From NCBI GenBank assembly GCA_046045965.1, contig JBJOKS010000008.1, positions 1 through 64,000 of the forward strand: a DNA stretch of 64,000 nucleotides. The letters are read 5' to 3'. The notes beneath the pieces are model-generated. The model was not told the DNA's origin, ran no database searches, and saw only the letters and a list, made by a program, of their open reading frames with translations. The stretch comes from Cyanobacteriota bacterium (GTDB lineage Bacteria > Cyanobacteriota > Cyanobacteriia > Cyanobacteriales > Nostocaceae). Positions 62,513-64,000 of this stretch are shown in pieces; the first letter of the stretch is position 1, and each line of letters opens with the position of its first letter. Both the position numbers and the translations under genes were made by a program.

Positions 62513-64000
62513 CTAATTACTCTCACTTTCTGATTTTTCCCAAGACTTCTCTTCTTTTTGAGCTTGATTATCAGCAGGTGTATTTGACTTTGTTTCTTGT
62601 GTTGGTACAACCACAGCAGAAGAATCTGTACTCTGAGATTGCTTTGGTATAGTTGGTACGACGACAGAATTGTTAGGTGGTGGTGGTGCTGGTATAACTA
62701 CAGGTGCTTCTGGTTTTGCCGGTTGGGGTGAGTCGTTATTCTCAATAGCAGGGGGTAAGATATTTTCTGGGGATGCAGTAGGTTCAGGAGATGATTTAGC
62801 TTCCCGTAGCTTCTCAACTATAGATGGTGTGGGAGCAACCACAGGTGTAGATGTGGTTTGTTGATTTTTGCGTCGTGGGGTTTCTGAATAATTATCTTGA
62901 GGTGAAGTTTGTTCAGAAACGCGATCGCTAGTAGGAGTTGGTTCTGGAGAAAAACTACGTTTACGCTTGCGTCGTTCTGAAGTAGAAAATGATGCAGACT
63001 CACGGGTAGAATTGTTTTGATTATTTTGAATTCGAGGTAATGGTGTAGCTTCAACCATCGGTTGTGGTGTGGTAGATTCTTGAGTAGGTTGTTCAAAAAG
63101 TGGTTGGGGGGTTTGTAACTGAGATTTTGGTAACATTCTCGTGACGCTAAACCCTGCTGTCACAGCAACAAAAGCGACACCAACGCTAATAAATACCTTA
63201 GATGAGCCGAGTTTTTTTGGTAATGCTGTAACTTTGCTAACTGGTGATGGTGTCGTAGCAGGAATAGGTACAGGTTGTTTTAGCCGATTTTCTAACTCTA
63301 GGGCTGATAAATCTATGGTCGGTGCTGGTTGCGTGGGTAGTTGCGGTGTGATCTCAAAGCCGCTTTCAGGTAATAATTTTAGCCACTCTGCTACTGTAGC
63401 GGGGCGAAACCGAGACTCCACAGCCATACCGCGCATAACAGCTTGATTAATGGCTGCACTCAGATGGGGTTGCAGTTCACGAGGAGAGGGCATTGGTTCT
63501 CTATCACGTAATAATGCAGGTATGGGAACTTGTCCGGTTAACAGTGCATACAAAGTTGCCGCTAAACCATAAACATCGGTAGCTGAGGTGCGCGGTGCTT
63601 GGGTTAAATATTGTTCAATGGGTGCATAACCCTCACTCACTAAGCCTGTGTGAGTTTGTTTAACACCGCTGTTAAATTCTCTGGCTATGCCAAAATCAAT
63701 CAGCACTACTTCCTGCGTTCCTTGGCGGAGGATAATATTATCAGGTTTAATATCTCGATGCAGCAAACCGTTGTTATGTACTACCTGCAATGCTGCCCCA
63801 ATTTGGCGGATATAATGAATTGCTGTCTCCTCTGATAAAGGTATTCCTGGTAACACAAAGGCTTGTCCTAATGTTTCCCCTGGAATATATTCCATCACCA
63901 TGTAAGGTAGTCCATCTTCTACAAAAAAGTCACTAACTCGGACAATGTTGGGATGGATGCAAGTGGCTAATCTTCTGGCTTCATCTTGAAATTGACGCTC
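62513..64000 (-). CDS. Ser/Thr protein kinase, N-terminus beyond the window
   Basis: HPNIVRV (near 63940), [37 protein letters not shown] helix and Pro-rich tail. Confidence 0.95.
   Translation of the reverse strand, partial: ERQFQDEARRLATCIHPNIVRVSDFFVEDGLPYMVMEYIPGETLGQAFVLPGIPLSEETAIHYIRQIGAALQVVHNNGLLHRDIKPDNIILRQGTQEVVLIDFGIAREFNSGVKQTHTGLVSEGYAPIEQYLTQAPRTSATDVYGLAATLYALLTGQVPIPALLRDREPMPSPRELQPHLSAAINQAVMRGMAVESRFRPATVAEWLKLLPESGFEITPQLPTQPAPTIDLSALELENRLKQPVPIPATTPSPVSKVTALPKKLGSSKVFISVGVAFVAVTAGFSVTRMLPKSQLQTPQPLFEQPTQESTTPQPMVEATPLPRIQNNQNNSTRESASFSTSERRKRKRSFSPEPTPTSDRVSEQTSPQDNYSETPRRKNQQTTSTPVVAPTPSIVEKLREAKSSPEPTASPENILPPAIENNDSPQPAKPEAPVVIPAPPPPNNSVVVPTIPKQSQSTDSSAVVVPTQETKSNTPADNQAQKEEKSWEKSESESN

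Overview
This window is from a heterocyst-forming cyanobacterium (Nostocales, Anabaena/Dolichospermum-like), judged by abundant HIP1 (GCGATCGC) octamers, heptameric STRR tandem repeats and Nostocaceae-type small dispersed repeats. From left to right it holds: the end of a DUF4258-DUF2283 toxin-antitoxin-like pair; mnmE; a Uma2 nuclease; an AT-rich, HIP1-free three-gene operon (ABC/AAA_21 ATPase with DUF3696, OLD/TOPRIM-like nuclease, DUF262 protein) that looks like a rearranged Menshen-like anti-phage system; a MuiA-family gene; and the beta-carboxysome/CO2-uptake locus (cmpR/ndhR-type LysR, ccmO-N-M-L-K1-K2, divergent ndhF4-ndhD4-cupB). Next is a ~25 kb polysaccharide cluster with 11 glycosyltransferases, an ABC flippase, two aminotransferases, two acyltransferases, an oxidoreductase, an epimerase and a Wzc-like protein. 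After it come psaK, whose stop codon is supplied by a 547-bp non-coding IS200/IS605-derived element that appears to keep a promoter, an omegaRNA-like right end and nested repeats; an M50 protease; Mn catalase; a low-oxygen tetrapyrrole cluster (hemN, heme oxygenase, acsF); recN; a PEP/PFE-CTERM protein; and housekeeping genes ending in a Ser/Thr kinase cut off by the window edge. All calls come from motif recognition by eye; no database searches were run.
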